Assembly (NCBI GenBank): GCA_964016885.1
Contig: OZ024749.1
Span: 9,548,001 to 9,612,000 of the forward strand
Reading direction: 5' to 3'
Source of the DNA: Eledone cirrhosa
Lineage: Eukaryota
DNA length: 64,000 bases
Position numbers and translations under genes: made by a program. Under the pieces are notes generated by a model. That model saw only the letters and a list, made by a program, of their open reading frames with translations. It was not told the origin of the DNA and did no database searches. This document shows positions 1 through 12,850 of the stretch, one piece after another. Position 1 is the stretch's first letter; each line of letters begins with the position of its first letter.

Positions 1-222
1 TTGGTGGATTGGCAGTATCATTAGAGCATCAGTCAAAATGCTTTGCAGCATTTAGTTACGTCCCTTTACAATCTGAGTTCAAGTCGTGTCGAGGTTAAAT
101 TTGCCTTTCATCATTATAGCTCGATAAAATAAACTACCAGTAATACAGTGGGGTCGATTTAATCAACTTTCTCTTTTGTTTCAAATTGCTGGCAATTGTG
201 CCAAATGTAGAAACAATTATTA
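1..222 (+). mobile_element. tRNA-derived SINE (older, long-tail subfamily)
   Basis: A box tggcagtatc, B box gagttcaagtc, central gcctttcatc..gataaaataaa domain resembling the MetaSINE core, (TTA)n tail. Confidence 0.85.
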
Positions 223-666
223 TAATTAATATTTGTGGGGTTTTTTTTCTTTTGTTTTTAAGGAGGATAAATATGTATAATAATAAGGAATGATAGGTTT
301 TTAAACAACTTCAGTTATTGATGAGAAATTAAAAATTTTAGTGAACTGTATTTGGTAGAAAACAACAGCAAATGTATATAAATTAATGGAGGAAATATGA
401 GTTGGGTTAAAGTGGGGTAGGGCTGATTAATGATTGATTATGTTTTGTTTTTAGTGCCAATCACATGGGAGAGGTACAGTTAATGATTCATTATGTATTG
501 GTTTTAGGACCAATCACATTATTTCTGCAGCATTTGATGTTTTCGAGAAATAAATTATACTTATTAAACAAAGAGACCATGCAAAAGACAGCAAAAAAGA
601 AAAAAAAGAATAAAAAAAAAAGAAAAAAAGCTTCTTGAACACTGTGATTCCTCCAGGAATATATAT

Positions 667-1205
667 ATCATCATCGTTTAATGCCTATCTTCCATGCTAG
701 CATGGGTTAGATGAGAAATTGTCCCACTTGAGGCAAAATTGATCAGGTGACCATCTAGCTCAAATAGGACTGACTATACCTGGCAGGTTTCCTACAGCTC
801 GATGCCGTTTCTAACACATACATATATATATATATATCATCATCATCATCATCATCGTTTAACATCTATCTTCCACGCTAGCATGTGTTTAGACGGGAAT
901 TGTCCCACTTGAGGCAAGATTGGTTGTCTTGCTCGTGTAGGACTGTCTGGCAGGTTTTCTACGGCTGGTTGCCCTTCCTAACACCAACCACGTTTACAGT
1001 ATGGACTGGGAGGTTTTTACCATGTTACCTACACGACTACATTACAGCGTGGACTGTGTATTTTTTTGTTGTGATACCTACACGACCTCATTTATTTAGG
1101 ACTGGATGTAGCGGTACCAACATAACTTTACAGGGAAAGGGGTGGTGCGGATGGGGGGGTAGGGTGGGGGGAATGGGGGGGGGGGGATTTGGGTTAAGAT
1201 GTGCC
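667..1205 (-). mobile_element. Two RTE LINE 3' UTR fragments
   Basis: Match the 3' UTR of the RTE at 52139-54345, including the (GAT)n tail read on the minus strand. Confidence 0.8.
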
Positions 1206-1228
1206 ATAATATATACATATATATATAT

Positions 1229-1431
1229 ATCAAGTTTAATATAGAAATAGCTTCTATAGGACTAGAAGTGTTTTATTCAGAAGAAATCATAAAGAAAGCC
1301 TAATGATTTCTTCTGAATGAAACAGTTCTTGTCCTGTAGAAGCCATTTCTATATTAAACTTGATGTTTACACCTCTACCAATGTATTTAGTACCTTATTA
1401 ACTGTGGTTACCCCCAATTAAATTTGGGACT
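1229..1431 (+). mobile_element. Fold-back PLE stub with degenerate hammerhead
   Basis: Inverted arms 1229-1290/1303-1364, unique tail, microsatellite flanks; cTAATGA-tttc.ttct.gaat-GAAAc..gTC motif. Confidence 0.7.
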
Positions 1432-1498
1432 TACACACATGAACACACACAGACACACACACACATATATATATACATACACACACACACACACATAG

Positions 1499-1529
<31 letters not shown>

Positions 1530-1700
1530 GATAGATATATATACATATATATATATAAAGATGGAGAGGGAGAGAGAGAGAGAACAAGAGAGAGAGAGAA
1601 CAAGAGAGAGAGGAAGATGAAAAGGAAAGAGGTGGACAGACACAGAGCAAGATAAAGAGAAGGGGAGAGGGGACAAAGAGAGAATAGAGACAGACAGAAA
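1432..1700. repeat. Compound (CA)/(TA)/(GA) microsatellite
   Basis: Visible directly. Confidence 0.95.
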
Positions 1701-2019
1701 TAGAAAAAAAATTATCAAAGAGAAATATTTTTATTGGATTAAATTCTTCTTTGTTGAAACCAAGATAATGAATGAAACACACAAACGACAAGTTTGCTTT
1801 TCTAGAAATAAAAAACAACAACACACCGAAATAATAATAAGATCTAACTAAAACATAAGAAGTTTCTCTAAAGCAAGTTTATCTTTGCATCATTCTTGTG
1901 ACAAAGTTAAACCAATATGAAGAATATATTGCTGTTGACGAGGATGTTGACTGTAACCAAGATAGTTGTTGCTACAGACAGATAATAATTTCTTCTCCCA
2001 TAATAATAAATAAAAACAC

Positions 2020-2270
2020 ACACAAAAACAAGATGGCGTAGGACAGAACAAAGGAGAAGCACAAAACAAAGAGAAGAATCCCCAGTCACTGAAGAGGTCA
2101 CAGAATGTGTGACGAAAGAACTTTGACAATATATGAACAACCGTCCAGTTGTGGAACGAACCAACCAACCAACCGGAAATTTATAAATTTAATTTATAAT
2201 ATTGGAGTGAAAGCAACTGATGTGTGGGTTTCTTATTGGCAACATGACCCCAAAGTATAACAATAAATAA
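2020..2270 (+). mobile_element. PLE pseudo-LTR fragment related to the PLE at 54.5-58.2 kb
   Basis: Same order of AAGATGGCG motif, hammerhead and catgacccc.aaagtataacaata tail. Confidence 0.7.
2085..2127 (+). ncRNA. Minimal type I hammerhead ribozyme
   Basis: gtca-CTGAAGA-g-gtcac(agaatgt)gtgac-GAAA-gaac-TT-tgac; stems I and II fully paired. Confidence 0.75.
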
Positions 2271-2319
2271 ATGTTTTCCTTTAATAATTCTAAGATGCTA
2301 CATTATTATTATTATTATT

Positions 2320-3668
2320 ATATGGCCCTTATGGAGTCAATAAAATAAAATACAAGTAACGCACTGAGGTCAAAATAATCGACTTTTCTCTCCCTGAAAA
2401 TTGATGGCCTTGTGTCGAAATCAGATACAATTATTATTATTATTATTAAAATAAAGTACCAGTAATACACTGGGTAATTGCTGGCCTTGTGCCTAACGTA
2501 GAAACAATTATTATTATTATTATTATTAAAGGGCGGTGGAGTGGCAGTATCGGTAGAGGATCGGACGCCATGCTTTGATGCATAGAGTTATGGCCCTTGC
2601 CATTCTGAGTTCAAATCCTGCCGAGGTTAACTTTGCCTTTCATCCTTACGGGGTCGATAAAATAAAGTACCAGTAATGTACTGGGTAATTGCTGGCCTTG
2701 TGCCAAACGTAGAAACAATTATTATTATTATATAGGGCGGTGGATTGGCAGTATCGGTAGAGGGTCAGCCGCCATGCTTTGTAGCATAGAGTTACGGCCA
2801 TTTATGATCTGAGTTCAAATCCCACCGAGGTTAACTTTGTCTTTCATCCTTACGGGGTCAATAAAATAAAGTACCAGTCATGCGCTGGGGCGAATAATCG
2901 ACTTTCCCCTCCCCCAAATTGTGCCTTGGCAGTATCGGTAGAGCGTCGAACGCGATGCTTTGACACATAGAGTTACGGTCCTTGCCATTCTGAGGTCAAA
3001 TCCTGCCGAGGTTAACTTTGCCTTTCATCCTTACAGGGGATAAAATAAAGTACCAGTAATGCACTGGGGTAATTGCTGACCTTGTGCCAAAAGTAGAAAC
3101 AATTATTATTAGTATTATTATCATTGGATTGGCAGTATCAGTGGAGGGTCGGACGCCATGCTTTCCAGCATAGTTACGTCCCTTTACGATCTGAGTTCAA
3201 ATCCCGCCGAGGTTGACTTTGCCTTTCATCCTTACGGGGTCGATAAAATAAAGTACCAGTACTGTACTGGGTAATTGCTGGCCTTGTGCCTAAAGTAGAA
3301 ACAATTATTATCATATAAGGCAGTGGATTGCCAGTATGGGTAGTGTGTTGAACAAGATGCTCTAGAGTATAGAGTTATATCACTTTATGTTCTGAGTGCA
3401 AATTCAGCCAAGTTTAGCTTTGCCTTTCATCCTTACTGAGTTGATAAAATAAAGTATCAGTAACACACTGGGGTCAATTTAATCAACTTTCCCTTACCCC
3501 TAAAAATTGTTGGTCTTGTACCAAAATCAGAAACCGTTATTTACGGTCTGAGTTCAAATCCCGCCGAGGTTAACTTTGCCTTTAATCCTTACGGGGTCGA
3601 TAAAATAAAGTACCAGTAATGTACTGGGTAATTGCTGGCCTTGTGCCTAAAGTAGAAACAGTTATTAT
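2320..3668 (+). mobile_element. Head-to-tail cluster of about 8 full or partial tRNA-SINEs
   Basis: Repeated tggcagtatcggtagag..gagttcaaatccc..gcctttcatccttacggggtcgataaaataaagtaccag..agaaacaa(tta)n units. Confidence 0.9.
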
Positions 3669-3669
3669 T

Positions 3670-5700
3670 GTTGTCCCTTCACTCAGCTTCTAACACTGGA
3701 GATGTATTACAATGTTAGCTGTTTACTACCAGTTAACTGAGTTAACATCCCTTATTTTTCGAGTACTCTCCAGAGTATTTGAGCTGTTCAAAGGTTCCAT
3801 CCATATTGCGATCCCTATTTGTTTAAGGTACTTCTCAAGACTCCAACTATTATTGGTATTACCACCACCTTTTACAGGGACCACAACTGCCTAATCTCCC
3901 AAGCTAACCTATCATATTTATCATTGTTTTCCTTCTTTATCACATACCTTGTTATTAGATGGACAGGCTATTTCTATGATCCAACTCGGTTTGCTTTCTT
4001 TCTTAATTAATACAATATCTGATCTATGTTCAATTCATGGTCACGCTGTATCACAAAGTCCCACAGGATCTTTGCATCATCATTTTTAATAATGTCGTCA
4101 GTTGGCAATATCGGTAGAAGGTCGGACGCCATGCTTTGCAGCATAGAGTTACAGCCCTTTATGATCTGAGTTCAAATCGCGCCGAGGTTAACTTTGCCTT
4201 TCATCCTTATGGGGTCGATAAAATAAAGTACCAGTCAGGCACTGGGGCGATTTAATCGACTTTCCCCTCCCCCACATTGTGCCTATATAAGAAACCATTT
4301 TTATTAATGCCCTTGTGGTTAGGTTTTTACCACTTTTCTGCTCTGTTGAGTGCATATTTGCCACAAAGTGCCCAATGGACTATCCTTGCTATGTTATTGT
4401 GATGTCTCTTATATTCTTTCTGAGCTAGTGGTGTACATTGACTGGTAATATGCCATACAGTTTCTCCATTCATGCCACATATTCTACACTTATCACTTTC
4501 TCTTGTGTAGTCTACTCTATGTTTGATGTAGTTAGTTCTTGGTGCTTGTTCTGGAGCAGCACAGATTAAGGCTTCTGTTTTCTAGTTTTATATCACTTTT
4601 AGCCATCCATAACCACTTTTTTTCCTGTCCTATTTTTAACATCTCTATGGAATTGTCCATACATTCTTTTTTCTGTTTACTTTCAGTTTCATCTTCAAAT
4701 ACTTGTACTGTGTTTTATCTCTACAATCTTCTATTTTACCCATCCCTGACCTTCTTCCAACAACTGTGGTTCTGTGGAATTATTTATCTACCATACCATG
4801 TTATTTTCTTCTGTTCTAATGCTGTCTTTGCACCCCATCAGTCCAGTTCCTTCCTCTCTTGGTATATATAACCTATCTGTGTCACTGTTTGTGTGAAATA
4901 CTCCAATATCTAATCAATATCTTTCTTATCTTTCAGTTTAAACTGTTTAGATCTTCCACTGTCCATGTGATCACACCTGCCCCATATCTAAGGAGTGATA
5001 CCACCCATGTATAGATAGTATCCATCTTATTCCATGACATCTACGCCCAAATTTTCTGCTACAACAATACTTGCTGACTTTATCAGGTCGTTTGGTTCTG
5101 TGGTGTTATTTGTTTTGATGTATTTCAGAACTTCATTCACCTTATATATTTCTTAGTTCAGCTTGCATTGGTCATCCTTCTTTAGGTTGCAAATAAGATT
5201 CCTATTGTCCTCCTGTAACCTTGTCTTTATTCTGTCCTTCATCGCCTTCTCTTTACCTGTCATGTTTACATTAATTTTATTGTCTTCCATACCTACCATC
5301 TACAATTCTCTCACCAGACAGACCATCTCTACCCTGTTTCTGTGGGTTACCAGAAATCTCTTCACCCTTGTCCTCTGCTGTAGTTTCCCTTTCATCAATA
5401 AACCTTCATTTTCACCATTTCTTTCACTGCTGTTTCCTGATACCCGTCTTTTGATAGCTTCAAATTCCACTTCTGTCAACAGTGATTTCTTATTGCTCTG
5501 ACTTGGTCACATGACCTCTGCTCTGTCAGCTGAAACAATCTTCTTTCTCTCCAGTTTTTATATATTCGTTGTTGGTATCCTTTGATATGGACATCATTTT
5601 CCTCTACAGGGTTACTCAAGTAGTAACACTCCATGACCACAACATTTACTTGTTTACTCTGCCTTCATCATGGCTGCTAGTTCATAGCTGAATAATGACC
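3670..5700 (-). mobile_element. Degraded, internally deleted R4/Dong-type RLE non-LTR retrotransposon, interrupted by a SINE at about 4100-4305
   Basis: Minus-strand translation gives CRICGMNGETVWHITSQC..YKRHHNNIARIVHW (CCHC knuckle plus RHN-like motif) and KILWDF. Confidence 0.75.
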
Positions 5701-5711
5701 TGCTGGAGACA

Positions 5712-6417
5712 AGGTTCACTTTGCCTTTCATCCTTACGGGGTCGATAAAATAAAGTACCAGTAATGTGCTGGGTAAATGCTGGCCTTGTGCCAAAAGTAG
5801 AAACAATTATTATTCCCGCCGAGGTTAGCTTTGCCTTTTATCCTTACTGGATTGATAGAATGAAGCAGCAGTATTGCACTGGGGTTGATTTAATCGACTT
5901 TCCCTTCTCCCCAAATTGTTGGCCTTGTGACTAAATTAGAAACCTTTATTATTATCATTATATGGTGGTGGATTGGCAGTATCGGTAGAGGGTCGGACGC
6001 CATGCTTTCGGCGGGATTTGAACTCAGACCGTAAAAAAACGTAGAGTTACATCCCTTTATCGTCTGAGTTCAAATCCTGCTGAGGTTAATTTTGTCTTTC
6101 CTGATGGAGTTGATTAAATAAAGTACCAGTAATACACTGGGTTGATTTAATTGACTTTCTCCTTCTTTAAAATTATTAATCTTGTGCCTAAATCAGAAAC
6201 CATTATTATTTGGCAGTATCAGTAGAGGGTCGGACGCCATGCTTTCCAGCATAGTTACGTCCCTTTACGGTCTGAGTTCAAATCCCGCCGAGGTTGACTT
6301 TGCCTTTCATCCTTACGGGGTCGATGAAATAAAGCACCAGTAATGCACTGGGTAATTGCTGGCCTTGTGCCTAAAGTAGAAACAATTATATATCATTAAT
6401 GTATTAGCAGTATCATT
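5712..6417 (+). mobile_element. SINE cluster (about 4 copies plus a split SINE head)
   Basis: Same SINE consensus. Confidence 0.85.
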
Positions 6418-9400
6418 TCATTTCATTTCATTTCATTTCATTTCATTTGAGTTTGACTCCATGCTCAGGCCAAGTCGAAGACTCCACCCTCAGAGTCTGG
6501 TGTGGTTGCCAGGTTGGATTCTCTGTTTAATTTTGACATGTGTAGGAGCGAGTTTGAGTCAGTTTGTGCTCGTTGTGTATATCCTGGGAGATGGGGTTCA
6601 TCTCTAATGGTGCTTAAGTATCTATCCAGCTGCAATTTGAATGATTCCACACTGCATCCTGATAGATTTCTGACATGTACCGGAATGGAGTTGAATAGTT
6701 GTGCCCCTCGAACCAACAGACTTGACTGTCGCAGGGTTTTTGCTGCCTGGCCAGCCCTTTTGTTGATTGGTGGTAGCTGGCAGCGTCTTCTGTGGCACAG
6801 TGAGTGGTAGGTTTTGGTACCAAAGTTTGGCACCTTTTGCTCTATCATTTTCCAAATGTATATAATTCGGTATCGCTCAAATCTTCTTTCTATTGAGTAC
6901 ATCTTCAAGGTTTTGAGTCTTTGCCAATAGTCCAGGTCCCTCGTTTCTGAGAAGTATGAGGTAAAATTTCTTTGGAGCGATTCCATCTTAGATAGTTGGC
7001 CCTTTGTTGTTGGTGACCACAACTGAGAATAGTAGTCAATCCTCGGAAGTACCATACTGTTCCAGAGGGTTTTCATTGTTGAGGTATCTCTTGATTTGAA
7101 GGTGCGCAAGATCCACCCGCTGTACTTTCTTGCAGTAAGACAGACTGAGTCAAGGTGTTCTCTGAATTTTAGGCTGGTTCCCATGTGGGTGCCTAAATCT
7201 TTCACACACTGTTTTCCCATTATTTGTTGTCCTGATGGGTTTCTGTAGTTTGTTGTATTTTTCAGATCTTGATCTGTTCCATAGCGAATTAGTTCAAACT
7301 TCTTATCATTGAACAACATATTGTTTGTTTCCTGCCATTTGTATATGGTGGTTAGGTCCTTTTGTAAGGCCTCTGTATCCACCTCGTCTTTGATTTGTCT
7401 CATGACTCTGGTGTCATCAGCAAAGGATGAGACGTTGCTGGTTGTATCTTCATCTATGTCAGAGATGAGGATGAGAAACAGGATCGGGCCGAGTACTGTA
7501 CCCTGAGGAACACTGCTGGTCACAGGTGATGGTGTTGAATGGGTTCCATTCACAGCGACTGTTTGAGTTCTATTTGTAAGGAACTCATGTATCCATGTAC
7601 CAACTTTTCCTCCTACTCCTAGCTTTCGAAGTTTGTGTCCCAGGATGCCATGATCTACCTTGTCAAATGCTTTGGCAAAGTCGAGGTAAATAACATCTGT
7701 GTTGTATCTATTCTCTAGATTTTCTAGGATTTGGTCATGGTGTGCCAGTAGTTGGGAAAGACATGATCTACCTAACTTAAATCCATGCTGATTGCAATTC
7801 ATCAGATTGTTGGATTCCAGGAACTCAACCAGTTTTCCACGAACTATTCTTTCGAAGACCTTGATAATGTGTGATGTCAGTGAGATTGGTCGGTAGTTCT
7901 TTGGTTTTGATTTGCTGTCCCCTTTATGTATTGGAGTTATGTGTGCTTCTTTATATGTATTTGGTATTTTGCCATTCTCCATAGATTCCTTCCATATCAT
8001 GTAAAGGGGTTTCAACAATTGTACCTTGCAGTTTTTAAGTATCATGGCATTGAAACCATCAGACCCCGCAGCCGAGTGCATGGAGAGCTTGTCTATGGCT
8101 CTTTCTATGTCTTCTGAGTTGAAATCAATGTCGGATAGGGTAGGTTTAGTATGGTCGATATCCTTGAAGAATTCTCCTGGGTCATGGATCTTCATGGTTT
8201 TAGATGGCTCACTGAAGACACTTTTATACTGTTGACCCAACATTTCTGCCATTTCAATAGGGTTATTCACTACATCCCCATTTTGTCTCTGGAGAGGTCC
8301 TATTGTTGACTTGGTATTCGAGTATTTCTTTGCAAAACTGTAGAAACATTTTGGATTTTTCTTGATGTTTTCTATGGCTCTCTTTTCTGCATTGTTACGT
8401 TCTTCATCATAGTGTTGTTTTAGATTGTCTTCTAATCTGTATATTTGGTCAAGGACTTTCTGTAGTTCATGTTTTGATGTCAGCTTAGATGTTTTGTTTC
8501 TTAGTCTTGACCTTTTGCGCATCAGGATCTTTCGCTCCCGTGGTACAGGTTTTTTTTGTGGATTTGGTTTTCTTAAGAGGAATATTTTTTGCACATATTT
8601 CTTCGATCTTGTTTAAGAATTTCTTGTGTTTATCTGGCCCAGTAAGGTAGAGATCCCAGTCAATGATTTGTAACTGGTTGTTAATAGTTTCCCAATTTGC
8701 CTGGTGATAATCATACCTGCATAGCTTTGGCATGTCCTTTTGTTTAAGAGTTGAGGCATTGGGCTCATTACCAATGCATTTCAATAATATTGTGGTCTGA
8801 AAGGATTGTTGGGGTTGAGTGAAGGTCAAATAGCGTGTCCTCGTTGTTGGTGAAAACCAAGTCGATCGTATTATTATTTCTAGTTGCTTCTGTCATCATT
8901 TGTTTGAGGTATAATTTCTCTGTGACTTCCAACAGTTTGGCTGCCTGTATTTGTTCAGCTTTTGTCCCCAGTTTTAGTATGTGTCCATGTGGCCAGATGA
9001 TGTTAGGGAAGTTGAAGTCACCAAGGAGGATAATGTCTGGCATTGGACTCGCCATGTTTCCCAGAATTTGTTGGAGCTTTGTCAGTGGCTCTGTGAAGGA
9101 TAATGTTGGGCTGTTTGGCGGTCTGTACATTATTGTTACAACTGTATTAAGTTGGATGATTTTTATGCACAGCAGGTTGCAGTAAGCATTTGATTCATTG
9201 ACAAGTTCTATGCATGCATAGGTATCATGGATATACATGATAACGCCCCCATGGGATCTGCCTTGTCTATCACATCTGAAGATGTTGAATCCATTGATTG
9301 AGATTTCGCTGTTGCGGATGTTTTCGTTGAGATGACTTTCAGTAATTCCAATTATTTTGGAGTTGTTTTCTGTTGCTAATTCTTCCAAGAAAGGGACTTT

Positions 9401-9800
9401 ACACTGTTTTTTTTTCGGATAAAGACCCTGGATATTTGCTGTTATTATGCTTGTTGTACCGGATACATCTGCCCTATTGTTGGCAAGACTGTTGTAGTTG
9501 CTGGGACTGTGCTGACTGGATATTCGGTCTGCTGGGCTGTCTGTATTTGTTGTATGTGCCCTGTAAGTCCAGGTGTCAGCCTTTGTATCAATGTTGCCTG
9601 GTTTTGCTGAGTCATCTGTATGGAGTACAGCTGTTGTTGTAGTTGGTAGATTATGCCTAAAAAACTGCTTTCATTCATTACTGTATCGAATTTCTGCGAG
9701 TTTGAGTTTGTTACAGCTGATGTGTGCAATTGAGTAGCATGATTTTCATTCACTGTTGAGCCATGTCCTGGTTTCTGCATTTTTGGGAAATGGTTGAGCA
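6414..9800 (-). mobile_element. CR1-group LINE, 5'-truncated: Q-rich ORF1 end, APE endonuclease, RT, (TGAAA)n tail
   Basis: EN motifs GITESHL, LGDFN, IDLVF, SDH; RT motifs YLDFAKAFD, PQGTVLGP, FADD; (TTTCA)n at 6414-6447. Confidence 0.9.
6465..9388 (-). pseudogene. LINE ORF2 (EN+RT) broken by two frameshifts near 8770 and 8590
   Basis: Overlapping ORFs 8768-9388, 8485-8829 and 6465-8594 form one ORF2. Confidence 0.88.
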
Positions 9801-10190
9801 TCTGACAAAATGTTTTGTAGTATTTAGTTACAACTTTCTACATTCTGAGCTTAAATCCCACTGAGGTTAACTTTGCTTTTCATCCTTTCAGGGTTGATAA
9901 AATAAAGTACCAGTAATGCATTGGGTTCAATTTAATCGACTTTCTCTTCCCTTTCAAATTGCTGGCCTTGTGCCTAAATTAGAAACAATTATTATTATTA
10001 TTATCATTATTATCGGTAGAGGGTCGGACGCCATGCTTTCCAGCATAGTTACATCCCTTTACGATCTGAGTTCAAATCCCGCCGAGGTTGACTTTGCCTT
10101 TCATCCTTACGGGGTCGATAAAATAAAGTACCAGTAATGCACTGGGTAATTGCTGGCCTTGTGCCTAAAGTAGAAACAATTATTATTTCC
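9795..10190 (+). mobile_element. Two SINEs; the first is the body of the SINE split by the LINE
   Basis: SINE consensus. Confidence 0.85.
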
Positions 10191-10194
10191 ATTA

Positions 10195-10560
10195 TTATTT
10201 TTATTGTGCATCATTACTATTTTACCGAGCACAGCTCTGTGCACCTTGGGTATGTGCAGTGTAGTTTTTGCTGACGTTGTTTCTATTGTATTGATAGTAC
10301 TTTTCGTAATATCTGTGCAGTGCTTAGTAGTGCTAACTTTTGTATGCTGTATATATTTGTAAGTCCTGGGGTTTTGGTTATGTATTTGTCTGTGTGTTTT
10401 TTTTATCATTCCCAGAGCACCTATTATTATAGGGGTTTTTCAACATCCAAGTTATTTCTATTTCTAGATCTTTATATTTAGAGAGATTCTCTATTTCCTT
10501 GGAAGATATATTGTCATCTGTGGGGCTTGATACATCTATCAGAAGGCATTTTTTTCTTTT
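10195..10560 (-). mobile_element. R4/Dong-type element 3' end (RLE nuclease C-terminus)
   Basis: Minus-strand translation LLIDVSSP..SKYKDLEIEI..PIIIGALG..ILRKVLSIQ*. Confidence 0.75.
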
Positions 10561-10925
10561 TCAAATCTCACCAGGGTTAACTTTGCCTTTCATCCTCATG
10601 GGTTTGATAAAATAAAGTACCAGTCATATACTGGGGTCAATTTAATCGACTTTCCCCTCACCTTCAAATTACTGGCCTTGTGCCTAAAGTAGAAACAATT
10701 ATTATTATTATTATGAGGTCAGTGGTTTGTTAGTATCAGTAGAGTGTCAAACAACATGCTTTGTGGCACAGAGCTATGGCTCTTTACATTCTGAGTTCAA
10801 ATCCTGTTGAGGTGAGCTTTGCTTTCATCCTTACAAAGTTAATAAAATGCTGGGGAGGATTTGATAGATTTTCGCCTTCTCTTCAATTTGCTGGCCTTAT
10901 ACCAAAGTAAAAACTATTATTTTTA
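10561..10925 (+). mobile_element. Two older SINE copies
   Basis: Diverged SINE consensus. Confidence 0.8.
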
Positions 10926-11511
10926 TTTTTGTAGTTGAAAATATTATGGAAACTTGACAGTCACAGCCTTTTCATCTTTTATTCTTCACCAGATTATTTC
11001 AGAAACATACTTATTTAACCATACATAATCAAAAACCAAGCTTTTTTCTTCCTGAATAATGTGGTCTATCTATCTATCTATCCACATAGCTATCTATCTA
11101 TATAGTTATCTATATATCTATTTACCTATCTATCTAGCTATCTATCTATCTATTTACCTTTCTTTCTATCTATCTATATAGCTAGCTACAAGACAGATAC
11201 TGGCCTATAGATCAAAACTTTATGCATCCAACTGACCAGCTGCATATTTCAAATTAATTCATTGCAGTTAAGCTGTCATTCAAAACTATCTCGGCTATGG
11301 CAAAATGGAATGCAATGAATGATATGAATGAGGATTATTAAGAAAAATACTGCAATGGTCATTCTTCCAGAGTAATGCATTCTTTCCTAACATTGCTACA
11401 TTATAGCAGCAAATGGCTTTCAGTTGGGTTTTCTCTCGGTTTTCAACAACTGAAAAACTTTAATTGACAACCAAGCAAATCTATTTTTCTCTTTTCTCTT
11501 CTCCTTTGCAG

Positions 11512-11547
11512 TAAAACTGTTAATCAATATGAGGAATTGGTATAAAC
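11512..11547 (+). CDS. Putative host gene micro-exon 1 (36 nt, phase 1/1): xKLLINMRNWYK
   Basis: Long pyrimidine tract ending tttgcAG, donor GTATGT; only the phase-1 frame is open, matching the next candidate exon. Confidence 0.55.
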
Positions 11548-11829
11548 GTATGTGTTTTGTTCAGCACCAACAGTACTGGAACATTATTTATATGTATGAT
11601 GGATTGTACTTTATCATTAAGAGGTTCATTGGTTAGAATGTTTATACATCTAAAACTTCTTCTAAGTTCAAATATTAAGTGTTCTCAGAAGTAGGAACGA
11701 AAAAAGATTTATCTTTCTACTGTAAACCTACCAAAACAAACTGGTAGATAATTTCTAGTTTTATTAGAACCAAGTTTGGGAGGAACTTCTAGTCATAAGG
11801 CCTCACCTGGCCTTTAGAATTGGAAACCA

Positions 11830-12480
11830 TTAAATGTGAGTTTTTTGGAAATCTCATATGACCTTTGGAGATACTTAATCATGGCTTTTGGAGACATTGT
11901 GTGGCTTTTGGCAATGTCATGTAGTCTTCGGAGACCTCATGAGGTGTTTGAATATCTCATGTGATTTTCGGAGACCTTGTGTGGACTTTGAAGGCTCTGT
12001 GTGACCTTTGAAGATCACATGTGGACTTTGGAAACTTCATGTGGTTTTTTGAAGATCTTATGTGGCCTTTCGAAACATGTGACATTTGGAGACATTCTGG
12101 CTTTTGGAGACCCCAGAAAGAGTTTAGAGAGCTTGTGTGGTCTTTGGAGTCTTGTGTGGTGTTTGAATATCTCATGTGGTCTTCGGTGGCCTTTGGAGAC
12201 TTCATGTGGCTTTTGAAGATTTTATGTGGCCTTTGGTGATTCGTGACACTTGAAGAGCTTGTGTGGTCTTTGGAGACCTCATGTGGCCTTTGGAAACCTC
12301 TGGTGGTTCCATATGACCTTGGGAGACTTCATGTGGCCTTTGAAGACCTCAAGTGGCCTTTAAAGATCTTATGTGACCTTTGGAGAGCCCATGTTGCATT
12401 TTCAAACTTCCCTGCCATTTGACGACCTCATGTAAGCCAATGAAGATCTCATCTGGCCTTTCAAGTCTATTAAGTGGGGA
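11830..12480. repeat. Diverged ~19-nt minisatellite (gtggcctttggagacctcat)
   Basis: About 30 degenerate tandem units. Confidence 0.85.
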
Positions 12481-12514
12481 TTTTGAATAAAATAAACACA
12501 TTTTCATTACATAG

Positions 12515-12560
<46 letters not shown>

Positions 12561-12576
12561 ATGTGTGTGTGTGTGT

Positions 12577-12850
12577 AAACAGAAATAACAAAGCAAATGA
12601 CACAATGAAGAAATATATTAGTTTAATGCTTGAAATAATAGGAAAAGAGTCTGAACGTTTCAGACACTAGACTTCATCAGCATGAGAAATAAAAGCTAAA
12701 ATAGAAAGATAGCTAGTGAGAAGAAGAAAGAACAGAAAAAAAAATTTGAGAAAAACTCATGTATGTATTCAATCAGCAATTTTAGACATGTACGTATGTT
12801 CTTCTGGTTTTATAATTTCACAAATTTTTGCCAATAAAGAGAGAGTCGGT
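12577..12850 (-). mobile_element. PLE stub with hammerhead motif (about 12648-12685)
   Basis: Minus strand CTGATGA-agtctagtgtct-GAAACGTT; tail runs into (CA)/(TA) array. Confidence 0.6.

Noticed and set aside
2531-2630. tRNA genes
   Set aside because: A/B boxes belong to SINE heads; no cloverleaf
11830-12480. CRISPR-like array
   Set aside because: Degenerate tandem units without unique spacers; eukaryotic context and no cas genes
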